A DNA stretch of 64,000 bases from a virus: positions 1 through 64,000 of IMG/VR virus record IMGVR_UViG_3300031087_000015; one strand, given 5' to 3'. Shown piece by piece: positions 19,387 through 28,642 of this stretch (position 1 is its first letter; each line of letters begins with the position of its first letter). Both the position numbers and the translations under genes were made by a program. Below the pieces are notes generated by a model, which was not told the origin of the DNA, did not search any database, and saw only the letters and a list, made by a program, of their open reading frames with translations.

Positions 19387-19735
19387 TTTGTTCCTTATAC
19401 TCTAAATAGAACAGGTCGGCTATTTCGTGGGCCGAGGCGGCCGATCGTTTAAGAGATGCTCCGGCACTACGGAGGGACTCCTCCGTAGCCTCACCAAACA
19501 AACGATAGCACATCGCGTTATCCTGACGAGGAATCGCCATTACCGCCAGCACACCACACTCGAACAACCAGCCTTTCAAACTGACACTGTGACCACGCAG
19601 TTCGGGATAGCGCTTTAACATGGCAGCAATCACCGACCCGCCAAAGCGAGTGTTGGCAATCTTTACTTCCGTTACTGACCCCCATGCCCTTTCGGCACCC
19701 ACAGCCTTTAATGGCAATACCTTTCTTTTACTCAT
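19352..19735 (-). CDS. Hypothetical protein, paralog family member 2
   Basis: YPELRG..SLKGWLFECGVL matches the neighbouring ORFs. Confidence 0.7.
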   Translation of the reverse strand: MSKRKVLPLKAVGAERAWGSVTEVKIANTRFGGSVIAAMLKRYPELRGHSVSLKGWLFECGVLAVMAIPRQDNAMCYRLFGEATEESLRSAGASLKRSAASAHEIADLFYLEYKEQNDERVCECTPT

Positions 19736-20273
19736 TCGACATAAACCCTACCCAAGAACGATCGAACAGTCCGGCAATGTGGCGGCCACGGACACCCGCT
19801 GGTTTGAACTTAGCGCCAACCCGCTCCAAAGTATCAGCCGATACCTTAGCAACATGCTTATACGTCTTGCCGTTATCGCCGTAAGTCGCAACGATACACA
19901 AGTGCCCTGACTCAAACATCCAGCACGTTATGTTAGGTGACTTACCACGCAAGATCGGATAGCTGCGGGCCAACAACTCATTCAACATCACCGTCAGTGG
20001 TCCGGTAGTGTTAATCAGTAGGCTAACGGTGCCCCACAGGACGTCCTTAGGCTCCGCAGGCGGCTTTATGATCAACTGCCTTAACATCCACATAAAGAAA
20101 GGTTTGGACTGCTTACAGGCCCTTAGAACAAGCAATCTTTCACTTGCTGTAAGATCGGGACTAAAGGGATCGATCTCCCCGATGAGTTCATGCTTCACTG
20201 TTGCTGGAACTGAACCGAGCCTGTCTGCTCCATTCAGTACATCGATTAAATTGTCAATAGTAATCTGCGACAT
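19728..20273 (-). CDS. Hypothetical protein, paralog family member 3
   Basis: YPILRG..NITCWMFESGHL; N-terminal IDPFSPDLT domain; AAGGA SD. Confidence 0.7.
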   Translation of the reverse strand: MSQITIDNLIDVLNGADRLGSVPATVKHELIGEIDPFSPDLTASERLLVLRACKQSKPFFMWMLRQLIIKPPAEPKDVLWGTVSLLINTTGPLTVMLNELLARSYPILRGKSPNITCWMFESGHLCIVATYGDNGKTYKHVAKVSADTLERVGAKFKPAGVRGRHIAGLFDRSWVGFMSNE

Positions 20274-20320
20274 TTCGTTTCCTTATAGAAGTGGGGACGT
20301 TTCCTTTAACTGTTTAGTTA

Positions 20321-20863
20321 TCAGTCACCCAACCAAATCAAACCGAGCATGTACGCGACAGTGGAATCTGGCAGTGTAACACCCCGGCACTCGGTACTGT
20401 GTAAACATGCCATTGTACCTTTCAGTAACGGGTGGTCCAGATCCAGATCGTAATTATAGATCTTACGATATACCGTTTTTGTTTTCTGGTAGCTGTCAGT
20501 GCACATCACACAAGTGTAGTCGCCGATAGTCCAGATCTGATAATCGCCTTCCGGTAAATTACTGCGCAACACAGCATCCGATTTCTGTTCCTCGAACCAC
20601 TGAGCGATCTGTTGACGTGTTGCGCGTGGCGCATCGAGGAAATAGAAATTCCCAGAGACCATCGCTGTGGAGCCGGCGGCCGTGCGGCGACGAAATACCG
20701 TGGGAGATAGGCCGAATTGTTTATTAAACCACTCACTAATGCGACCCACACGACCGTTGTCAAAACGACGCTCGATGGATGTAATCGAATCGGTGCTGTT
20801 GATAGCCATCAGGATTTCATCACGACGGCGATCGAGATTCGCGTATGTAACTTGTGTACCCAT
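20321..20863 (-). CDS. Hypothetical protein, possible AraC-like HTH segment
   Basis: 180 aa with GAGGAG SD; SEWFNKQFGLSPTVFRR resembles the AraC C-terminal motif (FKK.FG.SP..YR). Confidence 0.6.
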   Translation of the reverse strand: MGTQVTYANLDRRRDEILMAINSTDSITSIERRFDNGRVGRISEWFNKQFGLSPTVFRRRTAAGSTAMVSGNFYFLDAPRATRQQIAQWFEEQKSDAVLRSNLPEGDYQIWTIGDYTCVMCTDSYQKTKTVYRKIYNYDLDLDHPLLKGTMACLHSTECRGVTLPDSTVAYMLGLIWLGD

Positions 20864-20921
20864 TATTTTACTCCTCGTAACGACATAAAAGACCCCCAGA
20901 ACCGAAGTCCCGGGAGTCCAC

Positions 20922-22460
20922 TTATACTAACGCACCCGTATTCTGTTCGCGGTGATGTTTAACTTTCTCTTTGAACAGTTCGAGTTTCTGGTTGTGGTAT
21001 TCCACCTGTTTGGGGATGTCGTAACAAACCAGATATTGGTACTCAGGTTCTTCACCCGGATAGTTCTTCAGCTCACGCAAGCGACCGAGCATCTGCACGT
21101 TAAGTTTGGCTGAGCTAACGGCACATGTTGCAAGAGCTTTAGCAAGATCCGGAATGTCGATACCGGTACCACCAGAACCAGGCGTTGTCACGATAACGTC
21201 GTAACCGTAGATATCTTCAAGATTATCCTCAGCCACGTAACGACCAACAATAACACTGGGGAAGCGTTTCTTGAGGTCACCCACCATGATGTCGCACATG
21301 TCAACAGTCGAAGCAAAGATCAAATACTTCTGACCTTCCTTACGATTCTTTAAGAAATCGTTCGTGAGATTCCCTACCATATTAAGGTAGTGTTTCAGCT
21401 TCTCTTTGTTGCGCATCAGGTACTGCTCGTAGATCACATGAGAGTAATTCTTTCTGTGGTCTTTAAAGCGTGCCTTATGCGGTTCTTCCAGATTGTAGCG
21501 CAGGGCAGTGGCAGTAATGTAGCACTTCCACTCTGCACCATTGTAACGGGAATCGTGCGGATAAATGATTTCATGTACACGCTTTTCCAACGCATCGTTT
21601 GCCAGTATAGTAGCCGACAAGAACAGCACCTTATTAAAGTGACTGTATAGATCAATGCGGAAGTAGGCGTGCAGCATCTGGTGTGCCTCATCGACAACAC
21701 GCAGACCTACACCGAACAACATACCCAGTGCACGAGGGTCAAGGTAATGCTCGCCCATTTCCGTGCCGTGGTAGAGTTCGTAGTGTTTAATGTAATCACT
21801 CATCCCACCGGTTGACACCAGTAGTACGTCATAGTCGAAGTCACCCGACTTAGCCTTATCGATTGCACGCATTAGGGCTTTCTCACCCTTCACAACGAGT
21901 ATGCGATCATCGTCGATATCATACGTCTTCTTAACGTCTTCAATCCACTTATCGATATACCCGCCACGAGTAATGAGCATCATGCGTTCCCCGATAATCG
22001 AGGCCGCCTTCAACGCCATATACGTTTTACCCCCACCTGTCTGAACAGGTAGGATCTTCAATTTACCGTCTTCCAGTATAAACTGAATGATTGGTGTCTG
22101 ATGAGGCTTGTCAACCCAAAACGATTTCATTTTCAGGTTGGCTTTAATCGGAGTATACTCCGGTACCATGACTACTTCGATTTCCGCTGGGGTAATCCCA
22201 CAACGAACCAGATAGGTCTTGAATTCATCTAACTGGCCACGGTGGACGCAGAAGAATTCACGACTGACGGGAGCTGCGGCGAACGTAACGTCAGGCACTT
22301 TAACCAGCTTTGCATGATACCCACGCGATGTATCAACGATACGCTCTGTCTTGTATTTGATCATACTCCGACAGAACTCTAACGCGCAGGCTTTAGCATA
22401 CGGGTCAAGTGGAATGATCTTTACGCTCTGACCGTAGACCTCCAGTTTAACAGACGCCAT
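20922..22460 (-). CDS. SF2 DExH helicase (phiKZ gp75-like)
   Basis: Walker A TGGGKT, DEAH, SAT, GIDIPDL, QMLGRLR. Confidence 0.92.
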   Translation of the reverse strand: MASVKLEVYGQSVKIIPLDPYAKACALEFCRSMIKYKTERIVDTSRGYHAKLVKVPDVTFAAAPVSREFFCVHRGQLDEFKTYLVRCGITPAEIEVVMVPEYTPIKANLKMKSFWVDKPHQTPIIQFILEDGKLKILPVQTGGGKTYMALKAASIIGERMMLITRGGYIDKWIEDVKKTYDIDDDRILVVKGEKALMRAIDKAKSGDFDYDVLLVSTGGMSDYIKHYELYHGTEMGEHYLDPRALGMLFGVGLRVVDEAHQMLHAYFRIDLYSHFNKVLFLSATILANDALEKRVHEIIYPHDSRYNGAEWKCYITATALRYNLEEPHKARFKDHRKNYSHVIYEQYLMRNKEKLKHYLNMVGNLTNDFLKNRKEGQKYLIFASTVDMCDIMVGDLKKRFPSVIVGRYVAEDNLEDIYGYDVIVTTPGSGGTGIDIPDLAKALATCAVSSAKLNVQMLGRLRELKNYPGEEPEYQYLVCYDIPKQVEYHNQKLELFKEKVKHHREQNTGALV

Positions 22461-22512
22461 CTATGCCTCCATAGTAGTTTAGGGGACCGGAGTCCCCGGT
22501 TAAACATACTAT

Positions 22513-24525
22513 TTACAGATCGGGTAAATAAATACGATCCATTGGATGCGACGGGCGTTCAGGGTTAAGGAAGCTATCGATGTTCAACAGAGTCTGACCA
22601 TGCTTCTCAAACGCATAATCCACGGTCATACTACGGTTGTTCATCAACTCTTTAAACGGCGCAAACTCACGCGGTTCTTCTGGATGTGGGAAACGATAAT
22701 CGCCGGTCTTAGCATCACGTACCAGACACACCGCCAAGATCAACTCACAGTGTGCAATGTTAAACGTAAAGCGTTTGTTAACCGTATCGTGTAGCTCCAC
22801 TACCAGCGCCGCCAGCTCGTCCTCAGAACGGGCCATTTCTTTTGCACGTTTGTCGCGACGACGACGTAGACGCTTGAACTTGATGATGTCAGCAACCTCG
22901 GCCATAAACTCCAAGGTGTTGATGTTCTTCAGCGGCAGTTCGAAGACTGGCTTGCTGAAATCCCAATCGCTGAGATCAATCTCATACCCGCGCCCTTCTG
23001 TAGCCGACCATCCCTTACGCTTGATATACGCAAGGAAAGCCGTAGTGAAGGAACTCTTACGAGAACCCACAGCCACAGATACGTCAAGAGCTAACCGGTC
23101 TTCCGTACCCAGGTCGTCAAAGGTCAGTGTAACCGACTCGATCTCTGAAATACGAGTGATTGGTAACACGGTCAGATCTTTAACGTGGTTGAGTTCAGTC
23201 AGGTTAAATGCATCAGTCTGACTGACGGTCATGATGGTGTGACGAGTTGCCAGATTAGGGTTGAGATTAATCTGACTTTCTTTCTTACCGTTGACCAAGA
23301 ACGCACGATCACCTTCACTGATGAAGAACGGTTCAATAGATGCACCGCTATCCAAGTGCTTAGTTGACAACACGTTCTGTGATACACCAGAACAGAGTTC
23401 GATTACAGACAGGTGGCCTAAGTTAGCACCATCTGGAATCTGTAACGAGATCTCACCCAGACACGCCTGACACACGCCCTGATGTGGTAAGCAACGACAC
23501 CCTAATGGGCTGCGCACATACACACGTTGACCCAGCAGGTGTTTATCCGCAGTAGTGATGCGATGTAGGGTAGGTGCGGTACCCGGCGCTTCTTCTACGT
23601 AATAATACTTACCTTGATAGGTCTTCAGGTCAGCAGAGGTTGTCATTGTCAATGGCAGCATGATTGTACTACCACAGTCCCCTTTAAAGAGGTGACGCAA
23701 ACTCTGTGCTAACAGCTGAAGCTGACGGTTCAGATACTCTACTTCAGCCAGCGGATCTTTTGCAAAGAACAGTGCCTTAGAAGCAGATCGTGATTCGATG
23801 GCATAGTCATGCAAGCGATGCATGCCACGAGCATAACCAGCCATCATTGCGTGGGGGAAGACGTTGGAATCGATATCCGTTACGAATCGATGTCCACCGA
23901 ATATCTGGTTCTGCTGTCCTGCTGAAACCAAACCGGATTTGGCCGATTCCGCAGGACGGTTCCCCACCAGTTCTCCTTCACGGGTGAGAATACTCTGTAC
24001 TACGCGACTGATGTTTGCAATGCTGTTCTGAGTAGGCACTGCTTTTGACAGGGCATCTACCAGTTCAGGGTGTCGCAATACATCGATGAAGTCCTTAGCC
24101 GAGATACTGGTCACGTATGCCGGTAAGCGATACACGATTTCGTTATACAAAGTGTTAGTTACTTCATACGCACAGAGCTGAAGATCATTCAGACTCACCG
24201 AACCCGAATACGTATCCCACACCGACCAGAATGCGTTTCCGATCATTTGCAGGGACGTACCTTTATTAAGGCGAACCTTTGGGTCCATCAGATGCTCAAC
24301 TAATAACGGCGTTTCCGGATAGCGCCGATGGAACTCCCAGAAATACTGGGAGAGTATTAGTTCACGACCGGTGGTTTGTACAATGCCGTTATCGAACTTA
24401 ACGTTGATCTTAAACTTGGGCTGGTCGAACTTAGCCCAAATTGCATCTGTTGGCATTTTCAATAGCTCACGAGCTGGATAAGCGTCCGCTATTCCAACTG
24501 ACGACTCAACAAGAGCTGTTGTCAT
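22513..24525 (-). CDS. Non-virion RNA polymerase beta' C-terminal subunit (phiKZ gp74-like)
   Basis: ESRSASKAL bridge helix, GDCGS, RSPLGC...GVCQACLG, SQNVLSTKH. Confidence 0.88.
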   Translation of the reverse strand: MTTALVESSVGIADAYPARELLKMPTDAIWAKFDQPKFKINVKFDNGIVQTTGRELILSQYFWEFHRRYPETPLLVEHLMDPKVRLNKGTSLQMIGNAFWSVWDTYSGSVSLNDLQLCAYEVTNTLYNEIVYRLPAYVTSISAKDFIDVLRHPELVDALSKAVPTQNSIANISRVVQSILTREGELVGNRPAESAKSGLVSAGQQNQIFGGHRFVTDIDSNVFPHAMMAGYARGMHRLHDYAIESRSASKALFFAKDPLAEVEYLNRQLQLLAQSLRHLFKGDCGSTIMLPLTMTTSADLKTYQGKYYYVEEAPGTAPTLHRITTADKHLLGQRVYVRSPLGCRCLPHQGVCQACLGEISLQIPDGANLGHLSVIELCSGVSQNVLSTKHLDSGASIEPFFISEGDRAFLVNGKKESQINLNPNLATRHTIMTVSQTDAFNLTELNHVKDLTVLPITRISEIESVTLTFDDLGTEDRLALDVSVAVGSRKSSFTTAFLAYIKRKGWSATEGRGYEIDLSDWDFSKPVFELPLKNINTLEFMAEVADIIKFKRLRRRRDKRAKEMARSEDELAALVVELHDTVNKRFTFNIAHCELILAVCLVRDAKTGDYRFPHPEEPREFAPFKELMNNRSMTVDYAFEKHGQTLLNIDSFLNPERPSHPMDRIYLPDL

Positions 24526-26708
24526 TTAAAGATCCCCTTAGCGCGTTTGCCTAAGCTACGCATGCTGATACCACAGCACCACATGATGTGTTTGATGAAT
24601 TGGATAGCACGGTTACCACCCAACGGCACTTTATTACGATCAACAGCCAGCTCAATTTGGGCAGGGTTCTTAGCTTCCAGAATACTACGAACTTCTGCTT
24701 TGTGTGCAGCTGGGTTGTTCGGACGATCCAGAAGGTCAGCAACGACATAATCTGGGACCAATGCCAGCAGGAGCCGAATCTCTGCTTCACCAGTAATACG
24801 AACGGCGTTCTCACGACCAGGAGTAGAATGCTTGTCCATATTCGTCATACGAGCAAGGATACCGAAGTGTTGGCGTTTTGGTGACGCAACAGAACTCCAG
24901 TCAAAACCATTCTTCTCCAGCATGATGATGTAGGTCTCACCGATCAACATCTTCTGCTTGGTTGTGGTAAAGTTGCCATTAGAGTCACGATACGTAACCG
25001 GATGCATCTCCAGTCCATATCGCTGCTCCAGGCGGTCGATGATTGTTGCGCCGATATCCTCAGTGTGTGGCGGAAGCCACAGATAGATTCCATCTTGACA
25101 AACGGCACCTACATGACTCTTGCGATATTCCGGGACACTTGAAATCTCACGACGCATTAGCTCGGCCATTAACGGACTAGCAATGCTGTAATATTCCATT
25201 AACTCGTCATATGCCTGGTCTACGAGGTTCTGGTTGTTCAGCGAACCACCTACGCCAGCCATGGCTACTACGCCCTGCACACCCATGATCTCACGAACAC
25301 GTCGTGTCATCTGAGCACCAAAGGCATTCGTTGCCTGTTCGAACACACCGCCTAAGTTCATCCTTTTGATGTTGGAGTCATTATCCATCACCAGGTCAGC
25401 GGTTGTACCGTCTGGCCACTTAGGCATATCTTCAGGTTCACGAATCTGTACAATTACGCCCTTACCACCGTGCATGGTTGTAACTTTAGAACCGACTGAA
25501 GGGATGATGTCATATTTGAACACAATCTCAGTACGGAAGTCACCCACCGGTGCACGGCGATATGTCATGTTGACACGAGCGCCATCTGGCTGTTGAACCG
25601 ACTTATGGTTAGTGAAGGCATATGCCCACACAATCATCCGATGTAGATTCGGATGCAGAATGAGTTTCTCACCATGTTGGCGTTTCAAAGATTCATACAG
25701 ATCGATCAGCTTGTTTTGCTGGGCGAGTAAAGTTTCGTAATAGCGACGACTCTGCTCATCAATTCCTTTTGGTGTTTTCTCTTCATTATTCACACGGTCC
25801 AGATTATGGTCGTGGAATACCGTGACGTCGATAACTTCTGCGCCAGGCTTACCATAGACCAGTTGGTCAAAGATATAGTCTGGTTCAGCCAACGCCTTCT
25901 CAGTCATATCAACTACAGCCAACAGCTCGTCATACTCGCGGATAGCATAGACGATGCCGTGTGGTGCGATCTTCTGACCGATCTCGGGGTGTGCCCTGTA
26001 AACCCCATTGGAGCTATAAAGACCGATAGGATAACAACGATTACCCCACGTACCCACACGCGATTCAATGCCTACCGATTTGTAGCGCTCCAACCACGCA
26101 CGGTTTGCTAACACACCATCCTCAATGGTTGTATGTAGCGACATGTAAATCATTTTAGAACTAACGCCGGTTCGATAGTTACCAAACTGATCGATAGATG
26201 GACTGGTTGCAATAACCATACCTTCTTCAGCTGGACCATCTTCTACCAGCATCGACATTCTGTTGCCCTTCGGTTTATACATAAAACCAAAGTACTGATG
26301 TCGGATGTTATACGTCGACACGTCCATAACACCAAAATATGCTTTGTTAGGATACTTTGGATTGTTCGAACGATAGACGGCAAGCTTTTGTGGATTATAA
26401 CTAAAGCGATAAGCACCTTGGGTTGGATACTTATCGATGACGCGAATGAAACGACCTTCCTCGGGTATTTTCTGTTGGAATGTATAACGACCGTATTCCC
26501 GCTCTACACCAGTCAGGGTACGGCGAACACTTGGGTCTGCAATTACAGGCACCTGAGACAGATGACTGGTATACATCTGTGCACGAGATGCTGAATCATT
26601 TGCGGCCCACGGGTTAGTATTCGACCCGCCACCTAGGTTGTTGACGTGGAGTTCATTGGTCTTCCCAACGATTGACTCTACCCCAAACAAATCACTGTGC
26701 TTTTCCAC
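24522..26708 (-). CDS. Non-virion RNA polymerase beta C-terminal subunit (phiKZ gp71-73-like), uninterrupted
   Basis: DSASRAQM..SHLSQ, IEDG, GSKVTTMHGGKGVI, KRMNLG, RITGEAE; GTG start with GAGGAG SD. Confidence 0.92.
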   Translation of the reverse strand: MEKHSDLFGVESIVGKTNELHVNNLGGGSNTNPWAANDSASRAQMYTSHLSQVPVIADPSVRRTLTGVEREYGRYTFQQKIPEEGRFIRVIDKYPTQGAYRFSYNPQKLAVYRSNNPKYPNKAYFGVMDVSTYNIRHQYFGFMYKPKGNRMSMLVEDGPAEEGMVIATSPSIDQFGNYRTGVSSKMIYMSLHTTIEDGVLANRAWLERYKSVGIESRVGTWGNRCYPIGLYSSNGVYRAHPEIGQKIAPHGIVYAIREYDELLAVVDMTEKALAEPDYIFDQLVYGKPGAEVIDVTVFHDHNLDRVNNEEKTPKGIDEQSRRYYETLLAQQNKLIDLYESLKRQHGEKLILHPNLHRMIVWAYAFTNHKSVQQPDGARVNMTYRRAPVGDFRTEIVFKYDIIPSVGSKVTTMHGGKGVIVQIREPEDMPKWPDGTTADLVMDNDSNIKRMNLGGVFEQATNAFGAQMTRRVREIMGVQGVVAMAGVGGSLNNQNLVDQAYDELMEYYSIASPLMAELMRREISSVPEYRKSHVGAVCQDGIYLWLPPHTEDIGATIIDRLEQRYGLEMHPVTYRDSNGNFTTTKQKMLIGETYIIMLEKNGFDWSSVASPKRQHFGILARMTNMDKHSTPGRENAVRITGEAEIRLLLALVPDYVVADLLDRPNNPAAHKAEVRSILEAKNPAQIELAVDRNKVPLGGNRAIQFIKHIMWCCGISMRSLGKRAKGIFK

Positions 26709-26756
26709 GTAAGCTCCTCACGACTACGCTACCACTGTTTATTACTTAGCCCTTTA

Positions 26757-26772
26757 ATAATATGTATTTCAA
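26757..26772 (-). promoter_or_regulatory. Putative early promoter of nvRNAP beta gene
   Basis: TTGAAATACATATTAT, a copy of the recurrent motif. Confidence 0.65.
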
Positions 26773-26798
26773 GATATCCTTATCCAGTGGGGCCTCCA

Positions 26799-27143
26799 AT
26801 GACCTTGTCAGTTACCTCGTTACGTGAAGATTCTGGCGATGACATCTTCTACACCGAAGACTTCAGACGTATGATTGAACAGCATCGTATTTATTTACAG
26901 ACGGCCGACGGTTTTGACCACAGGGATATACCGGAAGGCGAAGCCTGGCGTTGGCGTTATGACTTCTATGGTTTACTCGCCAACCTTGACATCCCCGAGT
27001 ATCTGCGTTGGATTATTCTGCGTGTGAACGACATGACAAATCCAGCAGACTACAACGGTCTGAACACTACGATTTTAATACCGTCCTTTACTGTCATTCA
27101 AAACCTCGCTGCTATCTTCCGTAACCAGTACAGCACGAGTTGA
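26799..27143 (+). CDS. Small LysM/T4 gp53-like baseplate protein
   Basis: DFYGLL...WIILRVN.M.NP...ILIPS pattern; start moved to ATG 26799. Confidence 0.6.
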   Translation: MTLSVTSLREDSGDDIFYTEDFRRMIEQHRIYLQTADGFDHRDIPEGEAWRWRYDFYGLLANLDIPEYLRWIILRVNDMTNPADYNGLNTTILIPSFTVIQNLAAIFRNQYSTS

Positions 27144-27164
27144 CAAAATAAAAAGGTAATAGAG

Positions 27165-27194
27165 AGAGGCTGGGTTTCCCCAGCCTCTTATGCC
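27165..27194. terminator. Bidirectional terminator
   Basis: AGAGGCTGGG-tttc-CCCAGCCTCT followed by TATGCC, between convergent genes. Confidence 0.8.
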
Positions 27195-27199
27195 GTTAC

Positions 27200-28624
27200 T
27201 TAGCTGTAACTAGCGATCACACGACCAGGGTCGCGGTTGTATCCCTGGTTGCTGTTATACCCACCACGATTATCGTATCCGGTGTTGTAGCCGGAATTGT
27301 AGGTACTGCTTCCTGGGTAACCGGCCTGCTGGGGCTGACCGTAGCCGCGAGGTTGCTCATAACCACGTTGCTGAGGCGCGTAGCCGTAACCCTGCTGTGG
27401 TGGCTGACCATAGCCCTGCTGTTGCTGCGGGACATTGGCTGCCTGTACTTCATTCCACTTCAGAGTACCGCCGTTCGGTACAGACTGTGGTGCTGCCGCT
27501 GGTGAGCGATAGCCAGACTGAACCTGTGGTGCCTGAGGAGCAGCTGTCTGCGGTGCACCGTAACCTTGAGGGGCAGCCGGAGCCACGTTAGGTACAGATG
27601 GTGCCATTGGCTGAGTAGCCGGTACCACATCCTGTTCCAACGCCGTCGCGAACTTGCTCGCCAGATTAACTGCCGGACGACCAGCGGTATGAGTTTCAGC
27701 AACAGTTTCAGCTGCGTTAGCAACTTCCTGCTTATGCTTCTCTTCGATACCTACGTCACCTTCGTTAAACGGCAGTGGTGGGATTTCCAACGCCAGTTTA
27801 TCGATATTGGCCATCTCATCAGCCCAGCTCGTATCAATATAGATAGAGTCGTAGACTTCCAGATGCTTCTTCAGCTTCTTGGCATGTTTGTTAATGGCAT
27901 TAGCCAGATTAACATACGCGCCGATCAGTGAGTCGAAGTACGGTGCAGACTTACTGCTTGAACCGTAGTCATAGGTGTCGCTTGGTTCCAGCGAGTTAGG
28001 CAGCAGATATTCCAGCAGAGCCTGAATCTGTGTTTTGTCTGCAACACGCAGCTTAACACCGAACAGCTCTTTGGAATCATCGTGTGCCGCTTCTACCAGC
28101 GGGAAGCTCACTACAGCAACGCGGGCGTATTTCTCACCCTTCCACATCCCACCGCGTTTGAAGAAGATACGAACCAGACGGTTGTTTCCTTCAGCTTCGA
28201 TGTTGTCGATGATTTTACCCAACGCATTAGCCAGTTTGGCATCAGCGGTTGGCAGCGCACGCAGGAACTCCGACTCAGAGGCTTTCAGCTTCTGTTGATA
28301 ATCAACGTCGGCAGCGATCTCAACCATGCTCAACATCAGCAGAGACAGACTGTTCGTTATTTTGTTGATTACCGCAGTACGGAGCTTACGAAGCACCGGG
28401 GATTCACCACGGATGATGTTTTCAGAAAGTGGGTGGAAAGCTACCACACCATTCAGGCCGGTACCGCGCAGACGTTCTGGAATCGGCATGACCAGAGGAA
28501 GGTCATCTACCTTAACCACACGACTGTTCTTTTCGTCGAGGTGGAAACGAAGCGTACCATCCTCATCTGGTGGCAGATCTACACTGGTCACCAGTGGAAC
28601 GTACAGCTTTTCTACAACACTCAT
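27200..28624 (-). CDS. Conserved nucleus-block protein (phiKZ gp70-like) with Q/G/Y/P-rich disordered C-terminus
   Basis: 474 aa; position between PicA and nvRNAP beta; low-complexity tail. Confidence 0.6.
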   Translation of the reverse strand: MSVVEKLYVPLVTSVDLPPDEDGTLRFHLDEKNSRVVKVDDLPLVMPIPERLRGTGLNGVVAFHPLSENIIRGESPVLRKLRTAVINKITNSLSLLMLSMVEIAADVDYQQKLKASESEFLRALPTADAKLANALGKIIDNIEAEGNNRLVRIFFKRGGMWKGEKYARVAVVSFPLVEAAHDDSKELFGVKLRVADKTQIQALLEYLLPNSLEPSDTYDYGSSSKSAPYFDSLIGAYVNLANAINKHAKKLKKHLEVYDSIYIDTSWADEMANIDKLALEIPPLPFNEGDVGIEEKHKQEVANAAETVAETHTAGRPAVNLASKFATALEQDVVPATQPMAPSVPNVAPAAPQGYGAPQTAAPQAPQVQSGYRSPAAAPQSVPNGGTLKWNEVQAANVPQQQQGYGQPPQQGYGYAPQQRGYEQPRGYGQPQQAGYPGSSTYNSGYNTGYDNRGGYNSNQGYNRDPGRVIASYS

Positions 28625-28642
28625 AATTAATCCTTTTCGAAA

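Noticed and set aside
22461-22475. sR55 match to the helicase RBS (AUGGAGG, 7 nt)
   Set aside because: Little more than the generic SD; expected by chance.
26697-26798. N-terminal extension of the + strand ORF in the ORF track
   Set aside because: Overlaps the nvRNAP beta start, leader and promoter; ATG 26799 is more plausible.
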